Positions 54,213-62,904 of a DNA stretch of 64,000 nt are shown piece by piece. This DNA comes from an uncultured Gemmatimonadales bacterium (GTDB lineage: Bacteria; Gemmatimonadota; Gemmatimonadetes; Gemmatimonadales; GWC2-71-9): contig CAWGVP010000002.1 of the NCBI GenBank assembly GCA_963826065.1, positions 173,055 to 237,054 on the forward strand, in the 5' to 3' direction. Position numbers and translations under genes: made by a program. The notes under the pieces were generated by a model. That model made no database searches. It was not told where the DNA came from and saw nothing but the letters and a program-made list of their open reading frames with translations. The first letter of the stretch is position 1. Every line of letters starts with the position of its first letter.

Positions 54213-55066
54213 CGGGCCGGCGCGCCCGACCCCAGCCGCGCCGCCAACGCGTGCATGGTGACGAATCGAAACCCGCGCTCGAGCACCCGGGCGAACACCT
54301 TGCGCAGCACCTGTTCCCGCACGCCCTCGTAGCAGGGATGCCCGTAGAGCACCACCAGGTCGCGGCTCTCGAGGTGGCGGTCGAGCTCGTCCATCACCTC
54401 CGACTCCGGCGTGCCTCGCGCCCCGTGATACTCCAGAAACGGGATGGTGCGGGGTCCGCAGAGCGTCACCGGGATGGTCCAGTGTTGCTGCCGGCGCCCG
54501 TCCGCGGTGGCCCGCCGCGGCTCGCCGCCGATCGCGTCGCCGTCGTAGGCGAAGCCCAGGCGGTCCAGCAGCCGCATCACCCGGCCGTCGGAGTAGAACC
54601 CCGGCGAACTGAACCCCGTCGGCTTCCCGAAGTGCCGGATGAAGTGCCCGTACGACTCTCGCACGTCGGCTTCCAGCACCGTGTCGGGCAGGTCGTGAAA
54701 GCGGCGACTCCAGATCACATGGTCCATTCCACCGTGAAGCCCCAGCTCGTGCCCTTCCTCCTGGAGCGCGTGCAGCTCCGGAACGAACCTGAGACCCACG
54801 GGACGCGCCAGCGCCGTCTCCAGCAGAAATCGCGGCCATCCGGTCTTCTGGATCAGGTGCACTGCGTCCTTGTCGGCCAGCTTGGCCTTCGATCGCACCA
54901 CGCCCTTCCCCAGCCACTCGCGGAGGTTGGTGGATCGGCCCATGTTGACGAAGAAGGTGTTGGGGACCGCGAAGTCACGGCAAACCGACCGTATTCGTGG
55001 AACCCCATCGGTGATGCAGACCCGGTGGTCGACGTCCCACCGGAATATGAAGAGCCGATCGGTCAC
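54209..55066 (-). CDS. Polysaccharide-deacetylase-like protein
   Basis: FRWDVD...TFFVNMG...GLHG pattern reminiscent of the NodB/CE4-like fold. The assignment is tentative. Confidence 0.65.
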   Translation of the reverse strand: MTDRLFIFRWDVDHRVCITDGVPRIRSVCRDFAVPNTFFVNMGRSTNLREWLGKGVVRSKAKLADKDAVHLIQKTGWPRFLLETALARPVGLRFVPELHALQEEGHELGLHGGMDHVIWSRRFHDLPDTVLEADVRESYGHFIRHFGKPTGFSSPGFYSDGRVMRLLDRLGFAYDGDAIGGEPRRATADGRRQQHWTIPVTLCGPRTIPFLEYHGARGTPESEVMDELDRHLESRDLVVLYGHPCYEGVREQVLRKVFARVLERGFRFVTMHALAARLGSGAPAR

Positions 55067-56358
55067 CGGCTCACCCGGGCACCGACCTCGAGATAGAGGC
55101 GCTCGAACTGCTCCGCCGAGCGGTCCCAGTCGAACAATCGGAGCGCCCGCTCCCGTCCTGCCACGCCCATCCGGCGGCGGCGGTCGGGGTCCGTGAGCAG
55201 CGAGGCGATGGCCTCGGCCAGCGCGCCGGTATCGCCGCGCGGCACCACGAGGCCGGTGACCCCGTGCTCCACCACCTCGGGCAGTCCGCCCGCGTCGGTG
55301 GCCACAACGGGCACCTCACAGCCCATGGCTTCAGCGGCCGGGATCCCGAATCCCTCCTCGAGCGAGGGCACGACCGATACCGCCGCGGCGCGGTAATAGT
55401 CGGGCAGCTCCGCGTTGGGCACCCACCCGAGGAAGGTGACCGCGTTCGCGATGCCGCGTTCCTCGGCGAGCCGCACCAGCTCCGGGCGCTCGAAGCCGTC
55501 CCCGGCCAGCACCAGCTTGAGCTGCGGGAAACGCGGCTTCAGCTGAGCGACGGCCTCCACCAGGAACCGGATGCCCTTCCGGGGAAAGAGCTGACGGCAG
55601 GCGAATACCATCTGCGGACCGAAGCGGAGATCGCCGCCCTTGCCGTTGGCGGAGGGACTGAAGCGCCGGAGATCGGTCCCGTTGAAGATCAGCCGGATGC
55701 GTCGCTCGGGAGCGCCCGCGCGGAGGGCATGCTGGCGGCAGTCCTCGGTGATCGCGGTCAGAGCGCTCACGTGGCTGAGGGTCCACCGCAGCGGCGGCCG
55801 GACGTACCAGCGGGTCGGGAAATCGTAGCCCTGCTCCGGATTCACGTATACGTCGCCGCCGTGCATCGTGATGACGCTGGGGATCTCGAGGCGACGAGCG
55901 GCGAGCACCGCGGCCGGGCCGGTCGGGATGGCCCAGTGCGCGTGCACAACGTCGGCGCCCCGCGCTCGGGCCGTGGCCACGGTTGCCCGGTACTGGGCCT
56001 CCATGTAATGGGCCATCACCGCCAAGCGTGCGAACCGCCCCAGCATGCTCACTTTGCCCTGCGCCACATGACCGTAGGAGAGGTCGGAGGGAAGCTCCAT
56101 CGGGAACCGCACCACATCCACCCCGTCGAAGCTGTCCGCCGCGGGGAGGGCCCGGTCCCCCGGCGTCACGACGGTGACCTGGTTGCCCCGACGCACCAGG
56201 TGCCGGTTGATATCATGCACGTAGGTCGCCTGGGTGTCGTCGGCGTGCTGCGGGTACCAGTAGGTCGGGCAAACGATGCGCAATGGGGCTCCCGGCCGGA
56301 TCGAGTTCGGCAGGGGCCCTTTCGGCGTCGCGACCTCCTCCAGTGCCCCTCGCGTCAT
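55063..56358 (-). CDS. Glycosyltransferase family 4 (GT-B, GT1-type)
   Basis: C-terminal [38 protein letters not shown] (EX7E-type motif). Confidence 0.88.
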   Translation of the reverse strand: MTRGALEEVATPKGPLPNSIRPGAPLRIVCPTYWYPQHADDTQATYVHDINRHLVRRGNQVTVVTPGDRALPAADSFDGVDVVRFPMELPSDLSYGHVAQGKVSMLGRFARLAVMAHYMEAQYRATVATARARGADVVHAHWAIPTGPAAVLAARRLEIPSVITMHGGDVYVNPEQGYDFPTRWYVRPPLRWTLSHVSALTAITEDCRQHALRAGAPERRIRLIFNGTDLRRFSPSANGKGGDLRFGPQMVFACRQLFPRKGIRFLVEAVAQLKPRFPQLKLVLAGDGFERPELVRLAEERGIANAVTFLGWVPNAELPDYYRAAAVSVVPSLEEGFGIPAAEAMGCEVPVVATDAGGLPEVVEHGVTGLVVPRGDTGALAEAIASLLTDPDRRRRMGVAGRERALRLFDWDRSAEQFERLYLEVGARVSR

Positions 56359-56647
56359 CGAATTTTCCCTAGGTTGAAACGTGTCCAGAACCGTGAAACG
56401 CCGTCATAAGTTCAACATCCATGCCAAGTCACGGGCTTTCCATGGCTTCCGCGGAGCGCCCCGGTGAACCCGGTTCTAGGGGGGACAGGACCAGCGTCCA
56501 AGCGGGGCGGCGCCGAAATATCGCCCCTTTTCCTGCCGGAACCGAGGGATCGGCGGGCCCCGGAATCGCCCTCCGGGTCATCCAGATTCTACATGGGGTC
56601 CGCAAAACGCTGCCGTGATGGGGGTTACCGTTCGGTTGCAGGCTGGA

Positions 56648-57094
56648 CTAAGCCTCCACTTCCAGAAGGGCGCGTACCTTGGCCGCCAGGTCGTCCTGGG
56701 TGAAAGGTTTGGAGAGGAATGGGGCTCCCGGCTCCAGAATGCCACCCCGGAAGACCTCCGAGGCGAAGCCCGACATATAGAGGATCGGCTTGCCGGGCCA
56801 CCGCTCCTCGACGTGGCGCCCCAGCTCCCGCCCATTCATGCCTGGCATTTTGATGTCGGTCAGGACGAGATGAATGGGGCCCGGGTGCTCTTCGATCGTG
56901 GCCAGCGCTTCACGCCCGTGGCGGGCTTCGAGCGCCTGGTACCCGGTCCAGGTGAGCATCCGGCAGGCGAGACGGCGCACGGCCTCCTCGTCATCGACCA
57001 CCAGGACGGTGAAGCCCCCCGGGGGCCGCTCCAGGCGAGGCTTTTCCTTGAACCGGCCTTGCGGATCCGAATTCGACTTTCGTGATGAGAACAT
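56648..57094 (-). CDS. Stand-alone response-regulator receiver (CheY-like) 3
   Basis: VLVVDDEE...VLTDIKMPGMNG...ILYMSGF...FLSKPF. Confidence 0.85.
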   Translation of the reverse strand: MFSSRKSNSDPQGRFKEKPRLERPPGGFTVLVVDDEEAVRRLACRMLTWTGYQALEARHGREALATIEEHPGPIHLVLTDIKMPGMNGRELGRHVEERWPGKPILYMSGFASEVFRGGILEPGAPFLSKPFTQDDLAAKVRALLEVEA

Positions 57095-57127
57095 GTGTGG
57101 AGTGCGAAGCTATTAGGAGTCTAGCAC

Positions 57128-57727
57128 TCAGCGCCAGTCCGTTCTCGCCAAGCCGTTCCAGGTGTACTCACCCACTCTCCTTCCAGCGTGGCGAAGCTCC
57201 AGAATAGACGCCCTGCTCCGTCCGGTGTTGTCGAGGTAGCCCTTGAACAGCCGACCGAGCTGGTACTCCAGTCCGCTGCTCACCATGGCTTCGTCGGTCA
57301 GGTCTACTACCAGGGTGTCGCGTGCCGTCTCTCCGTAGGCATCGATCAGCCCGAGGCGTGTCCCGTCAGCCACCGCCAGCTGGAAGTTCCGCTCCAGTAG
57401 CAACTCGGCATTGGAACGCGGGAGCTTGGCCTTGGCCCTCGCGGCCTCCTCTTCTCGTGCCTTGCGGCTGGCGGCGGCCTCTCGATCGGTCGATCCCGTC
57501 TGGAGGGGCTCGCGGCAGGCCTGGAGCTGGGAGTGGACCCGTTTCCTGTCGGCTTGGCGGCCGACGGGGCTGACGGGGGAGGTGAATCCTCGACCTCGGC
57601 GGGGGATCGCGCCATCGCCGCGGACTGCCGCTCTGCCAGTTGTTTGATCTGCTCCTCGAACCCCTGTTCCCATTCGTAGGTAGTGGAGCATTCGGTGTCG
57701 GCGGCCTGGGAGACGTACAACGACCAT
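57128..57727 (-). CDS. ORF whose 3' half (about 57128-57500) encodes a plausible C-terminal domain, probably the continuation of the lipoprotein after a frame change
   Basis: ...DREAAASRKAREEEAARAKAKLPRSNAELLLERNFQLAVADGTRLGLIDAYGE...EYTWNGL looks protein-like. There is no convincing start of its own. Confidence 0.35.
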   Translation of the reverse strand: MVVVRLPGRRHRMLHYLRMGTGVRGADQTTGRAAVRGDGAIPRRGRGFTSPVSPVGRQADRKRVHSQLQACREPLQTGSTDREAAASRKAREEEAARAKAKLPRSNAELLLERNFQLAVADGTRLGLIDAYGETARDTLVVDLTDEAMVSSGLEYQLGRLFKGYLDNTGRSRASILELRHAGRRVGEYTWNGLARTDWR

Positions 57728-58059
57728 CTGACCGTGGCCTTCACCATCGAGCGGGTCGAATCTCCTCGCACCAGTACGTTATATGTCCCGTGGGTCGGCC
57801 CAAGTCCGGCGTTACCGCAGTTCGCCCACTCCTTGCCTTCCGGGCCCACGTTCAGGTTGTCGGTCACGATGAGACCGGAGACGCGCTCGATGGTGCGAAT
57901 GGGGATGTTCCGGGCGGCAAACACCTCGACCACGGCGTCCCAGGTGTGCCCTGCGGAGGCCGAAACCGGTGTGGCATCGCGTGGGGCCGGGGGAGGGGGA
58001 GGGGTGTAGCTTGCGCAGCCGGCCAGGAGCACAATGGACCCGAGGAGTGGCCTCGACAA
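57346..58059 (-). CDS. Hypothetical lipoprotein (N-terminal domain frame)
   Basis: TTG start with GGAGG upstream. Lipobox VLLAGC. Looks well-behaved up to about ...EQIKQLAERQ, then becomes low-complexity. Confidence 0.6.
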   Translation of the reverse strand: MSRPLLGSIVLLAGCASYTPPPPPAPRDATPVSASAGHTWDAVVEVFAARNIPIRTIERVSGLIVTDNLNVGPEGKEWANCGNAGLGPTHGTYNVLVRGDSTRSMVKATVRWSLYVSQAADTECSTTYEWEQGFEEQIKQLAERQSAAMARSPAEVEDSPPPSAPSAAKPTGNGSTPSSRPAASPSRRDRPIERPPPAARHEKRRPRGPRPSSRVPMPSCYWSGTSSWRWLTGHASG

Positions 58060-58344
58060 GGTGGGCCTCCAAGAGCTTTCGAGGATCCCGGTGAACCTAG
58101 ATTCCTCATTGTACGCTAGAGTTACGACACCGGGAAGACCTGCCTACCCCGGGCGGGACTGATTCAGGTCGGACCCCCTGGCCCTCGGTCCGATTCAACC
58201 TCGGTCTCGGCCGTCGACATGTGGGTTTCCGGCCTCACCCGACTGCAGTCCTGAGTCCCCCATCCGCATACCGTCGTCCACTCCTGCGAAATACGCAGCG
58301 GAACGCCATTACGAGGCGAGAAACCAGCTGGTGATCTCGGTCCG

Positions 58345-58440
58345 GGCCTGGCCGCCGAGTGGAGGAAGTCACAGGTTTGTTAAGGACCTTCGGCCATTCC
58401 TCTTCTCTCCGAAGCTTTCGGGTTGAGTCCCGCTCCATTC
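58345..58440 (+). pseudogene. Degenerate tRNA-Ser-like sequence (copy 1)
   Basis: 58345-58385 aligns ungapped with the tRNA-Ser(GCT) 5' half at 60392-60432 (about 30/41 identical by hand count, including GCCGAGTGG and GGTTTG.TAA). A T-arm-like CGGGTTGAGTCCCG lies at 58419-58432. Acceptor pairing is lost. Confidence 0.45.
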
Positions 58441-58667
58441 TGCACGCGCGACCGGAGCCGCTACCACTCTTTCCCGCAGCTCGCTTCAGTCCGTTCTACC
58501 CCTACCCACTCTGGACCCGCTTCTGGACCCACAGCAAAGGCTCCCCGAAGCGAGCGCCTGGTGATGGTCCCTTCACGCTCGGTTCAGACAACCTTCGGCC
58601 TTGGGCGCCAATCTTGTCGCGCGGGCCCAGCTACTGAGCAACCAAGCTGGATCACGAAGGAGGACGG

Positions 58668-60188
58668 ATGAGACCGCTCGCGTCCAGGGACCCACGGCCG
58701 TCCCTACTGCTTCGGTGCGGAGCCCTGGTGGCCGTCGCGTCGCTGGCGGCGTGCTCGACCGATTCGACGCCAACGGATCCATCCGGACCCGGAGCGAAGG
58801 ACGGCCTGACTTCGGGGCGGCCGCTCTCCGGCGCCGCCGCCCGCCCCAATGTCGTCGTGATCATGAGCGACGATCAGTCGGTCCGCGACATGCAAGTCAT
58901 GGCCCAGACCCGCAAGCTCGTCGGCGCGGCTGGGGTGACGTTCCGCAACAGCACGGTGACGTATTCGCTCTGCTGCCCCTCTCGCGCCACGCTGCTGACC
59001 GGGCAGTACCCGCACAACCATGGTGTCCGTAGTAACCAACCGCCGGACGGAGGGATCACCGCCCTCGACCAGACCAACACGCTGCCGCTCTGGCTTCAGG
59101 AGGCTGGCTACGTGACCGGTCACATCGGAAAGTACCTCAACGGCTATGGCGAAGTGGACTCGCTGGAGATACCGCCGGGATACACAGAGTGGTACGCATC
59201 GATCGGCGCGTCGGCGTACGAGTACTACGGCTATGTCTTGAACGAGAACGGGACCCTGGTGACGTACGGGAGCACTCCCGACCAGTATCAGGCAGATGTC
59301 TACACGGCCAAGGCCGTGGATTTCATCGGGCGACGCGGCCGTGCGGCGACAACGGGCGGGCAACCGTTCTTCCTGTTCGTGACCTATCTGGCGCCCCACA
59401 GACTCAATACCGGCGACCCAGCGTTCCGGAAAGCCGTTCCCGCCCCCCGCCACATGGGTCGCCTCGCTGGCGAGCTCCTGCCCGAGTCACCCGCCTTCAA
59501 CGAAGCGAACATGTCCGACAAGCCGACGAGCATGCGCCGACGACCGCTCCTGACGTTGGCGCAGGTGACCGAGCTCGGTGCGGTCAACCAGGCGCGGCTG
59601 GAGTCCCTGTTGGCGGTCGATGAAGGCGTTGCCGCCATCGTGAGCGCGCTCCAGGAGGCCGGAGTGCTCCAGAACACGCTCGTGGTATACACATCGGACA
59701 ACGGCTGGTTCCAGGGGGAGCACCGGATCGTGTCCGGCAAGGTTCTGCCATACGAGCCGGCGGTGAAGGTGCCGCTCCTGATCCGTGGCCCCGGCATACC
59801 CCCGCAACGCAACGTCGGGGCCCCCGTCGCCAATATCGACCTGGCGCCCACCATCGTCGCGACGGGAGGAGCGAGCGCCCGCCGCACCATGGATGGGCGC
59901 AGCCTCTGGCCGCTGCTCCAAGGGCAAACCGCCTGGGCGACTCCCCGTCATGTGCTGGTGGAAGACAGCCCACTCGGCGGGGAGGCAAGCATCTTCTGGT
60001 CCATCAGGAAAGCGAAGTACGTCTACACCGAATACGCCAACGGCGACCGGGAGTTCTACGACCTCGCCAAGGACTCGGCCCAGGTTGCGAGCCGGCATGC
60101 CGATCCGGCATATGCGACCGTCCGGCAGCGGTTGGCCAAGCGCCTGGCCGCGATGAAGACCTGTACCGGGCCCACAGCCTGCTGGTAG
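58668..60188 (+). CDS. Sulfatase (Cys-type, formylglycine-dependent) lipoprotein
   Basis: Lipobox SLAAC. NVVVIMSDDQ and CCPSRATLLTGQYPHNHG (C-x-P-x-R) motifs. GAAGGAGG RBS. Confidence 0.92.
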   Translation: MRPLASRDPRPSLLLRCGALVAVASLAACSTDSTPTDPSGPGAKDGLTSGRPLSGAAARPNVVVIMSDDQSVRDMQVMAQTRKLVGAAGVTFRNSTVTYSLCCPSRATLLTGQYPHNHGVRSNQPPDGGITALDQTNTLPLWLQEAGYVTGHIGKYLNGYGEVDSLEIPPGYTEWYASIGASAYEYYGYVLNENGTLVTYGSTPDQYQADVYTAKAVDFIGRRGRAATTGGQPFFLFVTYLAPHRLNTGDPAFRKAVPAPRHMGRLAGELLPESPAFNEANMSDKPTSMRRRPLLTLAQVTELGAVNQARLESLLAVDEGVAAIVSALQEAGVLQNTLVVYTSDNGWFQGEHRIVSGKVLPYEPAVKVPLLIRGPGIPPQRNVGAPVANIDLAPTIVATGGASARRTMDGRSLWPLLQGQTAWATPRHVLVEDSPLGGEASIFWSIRKAKYVYTEYANGDREFYDLAKDSAQVASRHADPAYATVRQRLAKRLAAMKTCTGPTACW

Positions 60189-60334
60189 CCCTACGGCCGT
60201 CCGGGTCGCCTACTGCTGTGGTCGGCATGCGGGCGGCCCGCTGGGGATGGCACCATCGTGAGACACCTATGCCGCTGCGGTTGCCGGCCCGGGGTTTGAG
60301 AATATGTCTTCAGGACCGGCTTGATCTACGTCAA

Positions 60335-60363
60335 TTGCGCCGTGTTAACCCTTGCCTAACAAT
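60335..60363 (+). promoter_or_regulatory. Sigma70-like promoter in front of the truncated tRNA-Ser
   Basis: TTGCGC, 16-17 nt spacer, TAACAAT, about 28 nt upstream of the tRNA 5' end. Confidence 0.4.
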
Positions 60364-60391
60364 GTTGGCATGGCCATTTTCCACCCTCGCT

Positions 60392-60432
<41 letters not shown>

Positions 60433-61052
60433 GCATCGCCCACTTTCCGGCTCGTTCCCTCCCTGTCCGTCTCCGTCTCGCGCTGCCCCTTGCCCTACCC
60501 CCTCGTGTCCGCCTGGATCCGGCCCTTACCCGCTCTGACTGTCTGAGAAAGTGACTGAGGTGGTCTCTCTCTCTTTCCCCTTTCTAGATTAACAGAAGCA
60601 GGTCACCGTCCGCACCGTCCGCATCGCCGGCAAAGTACGGCTACCAAGCACGCTAAGACCGCGGACGCACCGCATGTCTACCAGCGTCCGCGCGTCGTCC
60701 GCCCCGGCCGCACCGAAGGGCGGACGGGGAGCGGCAGATTCTTTCGGCTCAGTCTCGGAACTCCAGATGTGATGCCCATGCCCGGAGCGGCCGATCCTTC
60801 CGGACATCGAGCAGCGCGTACCCCGCTGGCAGCGGGTTAATCATGTCGGCTGGCATCACGTCGAGCACTCGGGTCCACTCGGTTGGCATCCCCGGGTGTT
60901 TCCAGGCGAGATCCGGGACGCTCGTGCCCAGCGTTGACGATCGGTTGAGGGCATGCCGCTTAGTCTAGCCGCATCGACCTATCGCGAGTCAAGGAGGTTG
61001 GAGGGCGTCAATTTCGGCTGGCTGATGAACGCGATGCCGGAGCCGTGGCCAG

Positions 61053-61568
61053 CTAGCGGATCACCTGTCTACCGGGAGAGTGGCCCTCGCCGGTATGCGT
61101 GGCTGTGAGGGCCAGCACTGCAGGTCGAGGGAGCAGCGCGGGAGGATCAGCGCGGGGGTAAAGGATCCTCCGCCTTCGGAAACTGCCCCCCACCAAGGCA
61201 CCGGCCAGGCCGCCAAGCACGCCGCCGACCAGGAAGCCACCAGTGAGGGCGCCTCCACAATCGTCCGAAGTGTCCGAGCTACTGCACAGGCCGTCGGCCA
61301 GAAAAGCCAAGCCGAGCCCCGTCACGACGCCACCAATGAGTGCGCCCTGCCCGGGAGCTCGGCACGAGTCCCACGCGGTGCTTCCTGCTCGACATCGTGC
61401 TGCCGAAGAAGAACGGCTTCCAGGTTCTTTCCAGTACGTGGGGCGTATCGTCCGCCGCACCGAATCCAGGGTGAAAGACTGCTCAAGCGGTCCCCGCACG
61501 CCCAGGCTCCGAAGCTGACTCGGAAGCTCCGGCGGGAGGGGCCGGAATACGCCCATCCTGATGCTCAC
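61053..61568 (-). CDS. ORF with a glycine-zipper-like C-terminal part; doubtful
   Basis: GALIGGVVTGLGLAFL...GGFLVGGVLGGLAGALVGG. Its 5' half is antisense to response-regulator fragments, so at most the 3' part is genuine. Confidence 0.25.
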   Translation of the reverse strand: MSIRMGVFRPLPPELPSQLRSLGVRGPLEQSFTLDSVRRTIRPTYWKEPGSRSSSAARCRAGSTAWDSCRAPGQGALIGGVVTGLGLAFLADGLCSSSDTSDDCGGALTGGFLVGGVLGGLAGALVGGSFRRRRILYPRADPPALLPRPAVLALTATHTGEGHSPGRQVIR

Positions 61569-62033
61569 CTCGCGGGATGCGGTCGAGGACGTGGTGCGAG
61601 GCCTCGACGCCGGCGCCGACGATTACCTGCCCAAGCCATTTCAGTTTGATGAGCTGCTGGCGCGCATTCGTGCCCTGCAGCGCCGTGGGGGAGCCGAGCG
61701 GCTCGAAGTCTTGCGCTACGGGCCAATCACGCTCGACCGGCTCCGCCACGCGGCCACGATCAACGATCGGAAGCTCGATCTCACGCCGAAGGAATTCCAG
61801 CTGCTGGAGTATTTCCTGCTCTACCCCGAGGAAGTCGTCCGCCGGACCACGCTCCTGGAGAAAGTATGGGACATGCACTTCGACCCGGAGAGCAACGTGG
61901 TGGACGTCCACGTGGCAACCTGCGCCGGAAGCTGTCGGAGGTAGCCAGGGAGCAGCTGCTGAGCACGATTCGCGGCGTGGGCTTCAGCCTCCGGCGGGAC
62001 AGTCACCCCGAGGCGAACGCCGAAGCACGTTGA
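61382..62033 (+). pseudogene. OmpR-family response regulator pseudogene (5'-truncated, about 75-nt insertion, several frameshifts)
   Basis: FLLDIVLPKKNGFQVL (frame a), KLTRKLRREG (frame b), NTPILMLTSRDAVEDVVRGLDAGADDYLPKPF...LTPKEFQLLEYF...VDVHV (frame c), GNLRRKLSEVAREQLLSTIRGVGFSL (frame b again). The receiver N-terminus is missing. Confidence 0.7.
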
Positions 62034-62257
62034 GCGGTCGCGGAGGCGCCGCTCTTCCCGCCGTAACACTCGTCTACGATCTGCTTCATGTCGGCCGTGA
62101 TCGACATAGACGAGTGCCCCAAGATTGCCGCCACGAACTTGAGCGGTAGCCCGGCTTCGAGCTCGGGCGTCGCGACGCCGTGCCTAAGATCGTGAATCCT
62201 GATCTTCGACAGCGCGAGCCGCTTCAGGGTCGGGAGCCAATCATACTTGTATACCAC
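62003..62257 (-). pseudogene. Tyrosine recombinase (phage-type integrase) C-terminal fragment
   Basis: KIRIHDLRHGVATPELEAGLPLKFVAAILGHSSMSITADM matches the integrase box II region. About 250-300 aa of N-terminal sequence are absent. The 3' end overlaps the regulator pseudogene. Confidence 0.65.
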
Positions 62258-62443
62258 CGTCCCGCACTTAATGTTTGAGCGGTGCCTTGCTGGCAGAATT
62301 CGTGTAACAGGATTTGGGAGATGTCGGGACGGGGAGTAAGGGAGGTTTAGGTTAGGCTCGCAGTCTAATACCAGTTAGGCGGACGCACGGCTTTCATCTC
62401 ACCGGGGATGTTCGCAGTGGATCAATGAGGAACGAGGTGCTTC

Positions 62444-62719
62444 ATGGACAGCAAACGTAGGGTTGATTCCGACGAGGCCCAGCGAGTTGGCACGTCACTT
62501 GGCATGGATTGGAGGAAGGTCGACCTGCAACAATTCCGGCGCGGCCTTGAAGTAGAGTTGGAGCATGGGGCGCGGGACCCGGAGACAGATGTGACGAACG
62601 ATGATCTCAGCCTCACGGGAAAGATTGCCTGGGCGCATCTCAAGGAGTTTCCGGACTATTACACCCGGTTAGACAAGCTCGAAGCCGAAGCGGACGCCTA
62701 CTGGGCGTCACGTCGCTGA
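62444..62719 (+). CDS. Small conserved hypothetical protein (91 aa; DUF5661-like from memory)
   Basis: GLEVELEHG...TNDD...IAWAHLKEFPDYYTRL motif. GAGG RBS. Confidence 0.6.
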   Translation: MDSKRRVDSDEAQRVGTSLGMDWRKVDLQQFRRGLEVELEHGARDPETDVTNDDLSLTGKIAWAHLKEFPDYYTRLDKLEAEADAYWASRR

Positions 62720-62792
62720 GCGCCGCCTAGCCCGCGCATGAGCCGACAGGTTCGACGCGGCCAAACGGCTGGCCTTGGACGGAATCGCCGAA

Positions 62793-62813
62793 TTGCAACA
62801 ATTATTGTGGCAA
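62793..62813 (+). terminator. AT-rich imperfect palindrome TTGCAACAAT-T-ATTGTGGCAA
   Basis: 9/10 stem pairs, followed by GCGCTTCTCTCC. Lies between convergent genes. Confidence 0.35.
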
Positions 62814-62830
62814 GCGCTTCTCTCCGAAAA

Positions 62831-62860
62831 TGGCCACTGACGAACTCCGCCGAGTGGCCA
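62831..62860 (-). terminator. Intrinsic terminator of the Kelch gene
   Basis: TGGCCACT-N14-AGTGGCCA stem followed on the minus strand by TTTTCGGAGA, 45 nt after the stop. Confidence 0.6.
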
Positions 62861-62904
62861 TTCTAGTGCCCGTGGCTGTGAACCGCACAGCCGGGATGCG
62901 CACG

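Larger units (their letters stand above)
60433..62257. mobile_element. Decayed remnant of material inserted at the tRNA-Ser locus (gene fragments only)
   Basis: The segment starts at the tRNA breakpoint. It contains a polypyrimidine tract, short gene fragments, a shredded response-regulator gene and an integrase C-terminal fragment. GC is lower than the surroundings. Confidence 0.4.

Noticed and set aside
56411-56426. Sigma54-like -24/-12 element (TGGCAT-N5-TTGAA on the minus strand) upstream of the sugar-modification operon.
   Set aside because: The invariant GC of the -12 box is GA here, and no AAA+ enhancer-binding protein is nearby. It is too weak to call.
58060-58667. A 600-nt gene-free region screened for known structured RNAs (RNase P, SRP, tmRNA, riboswitches).
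   Set aside because: No diagnostic motifs were found (for example GAGGAAAGUCC, the SRP GGAA tetraloop context, or the tmRNA tag ORF). The only recognisable content is the degenerate tRNA-Ser-like copy reported above.
61053-61568. Idea that a minus-strand glycine-zipper gene and the plus-strand response regulator are interleaved mosaics (TYWKE... joined to GALIGG...).
   Set aside because: This rests on my guess at a motif junction, with no independent support. It is reported only as part of the decayed region.
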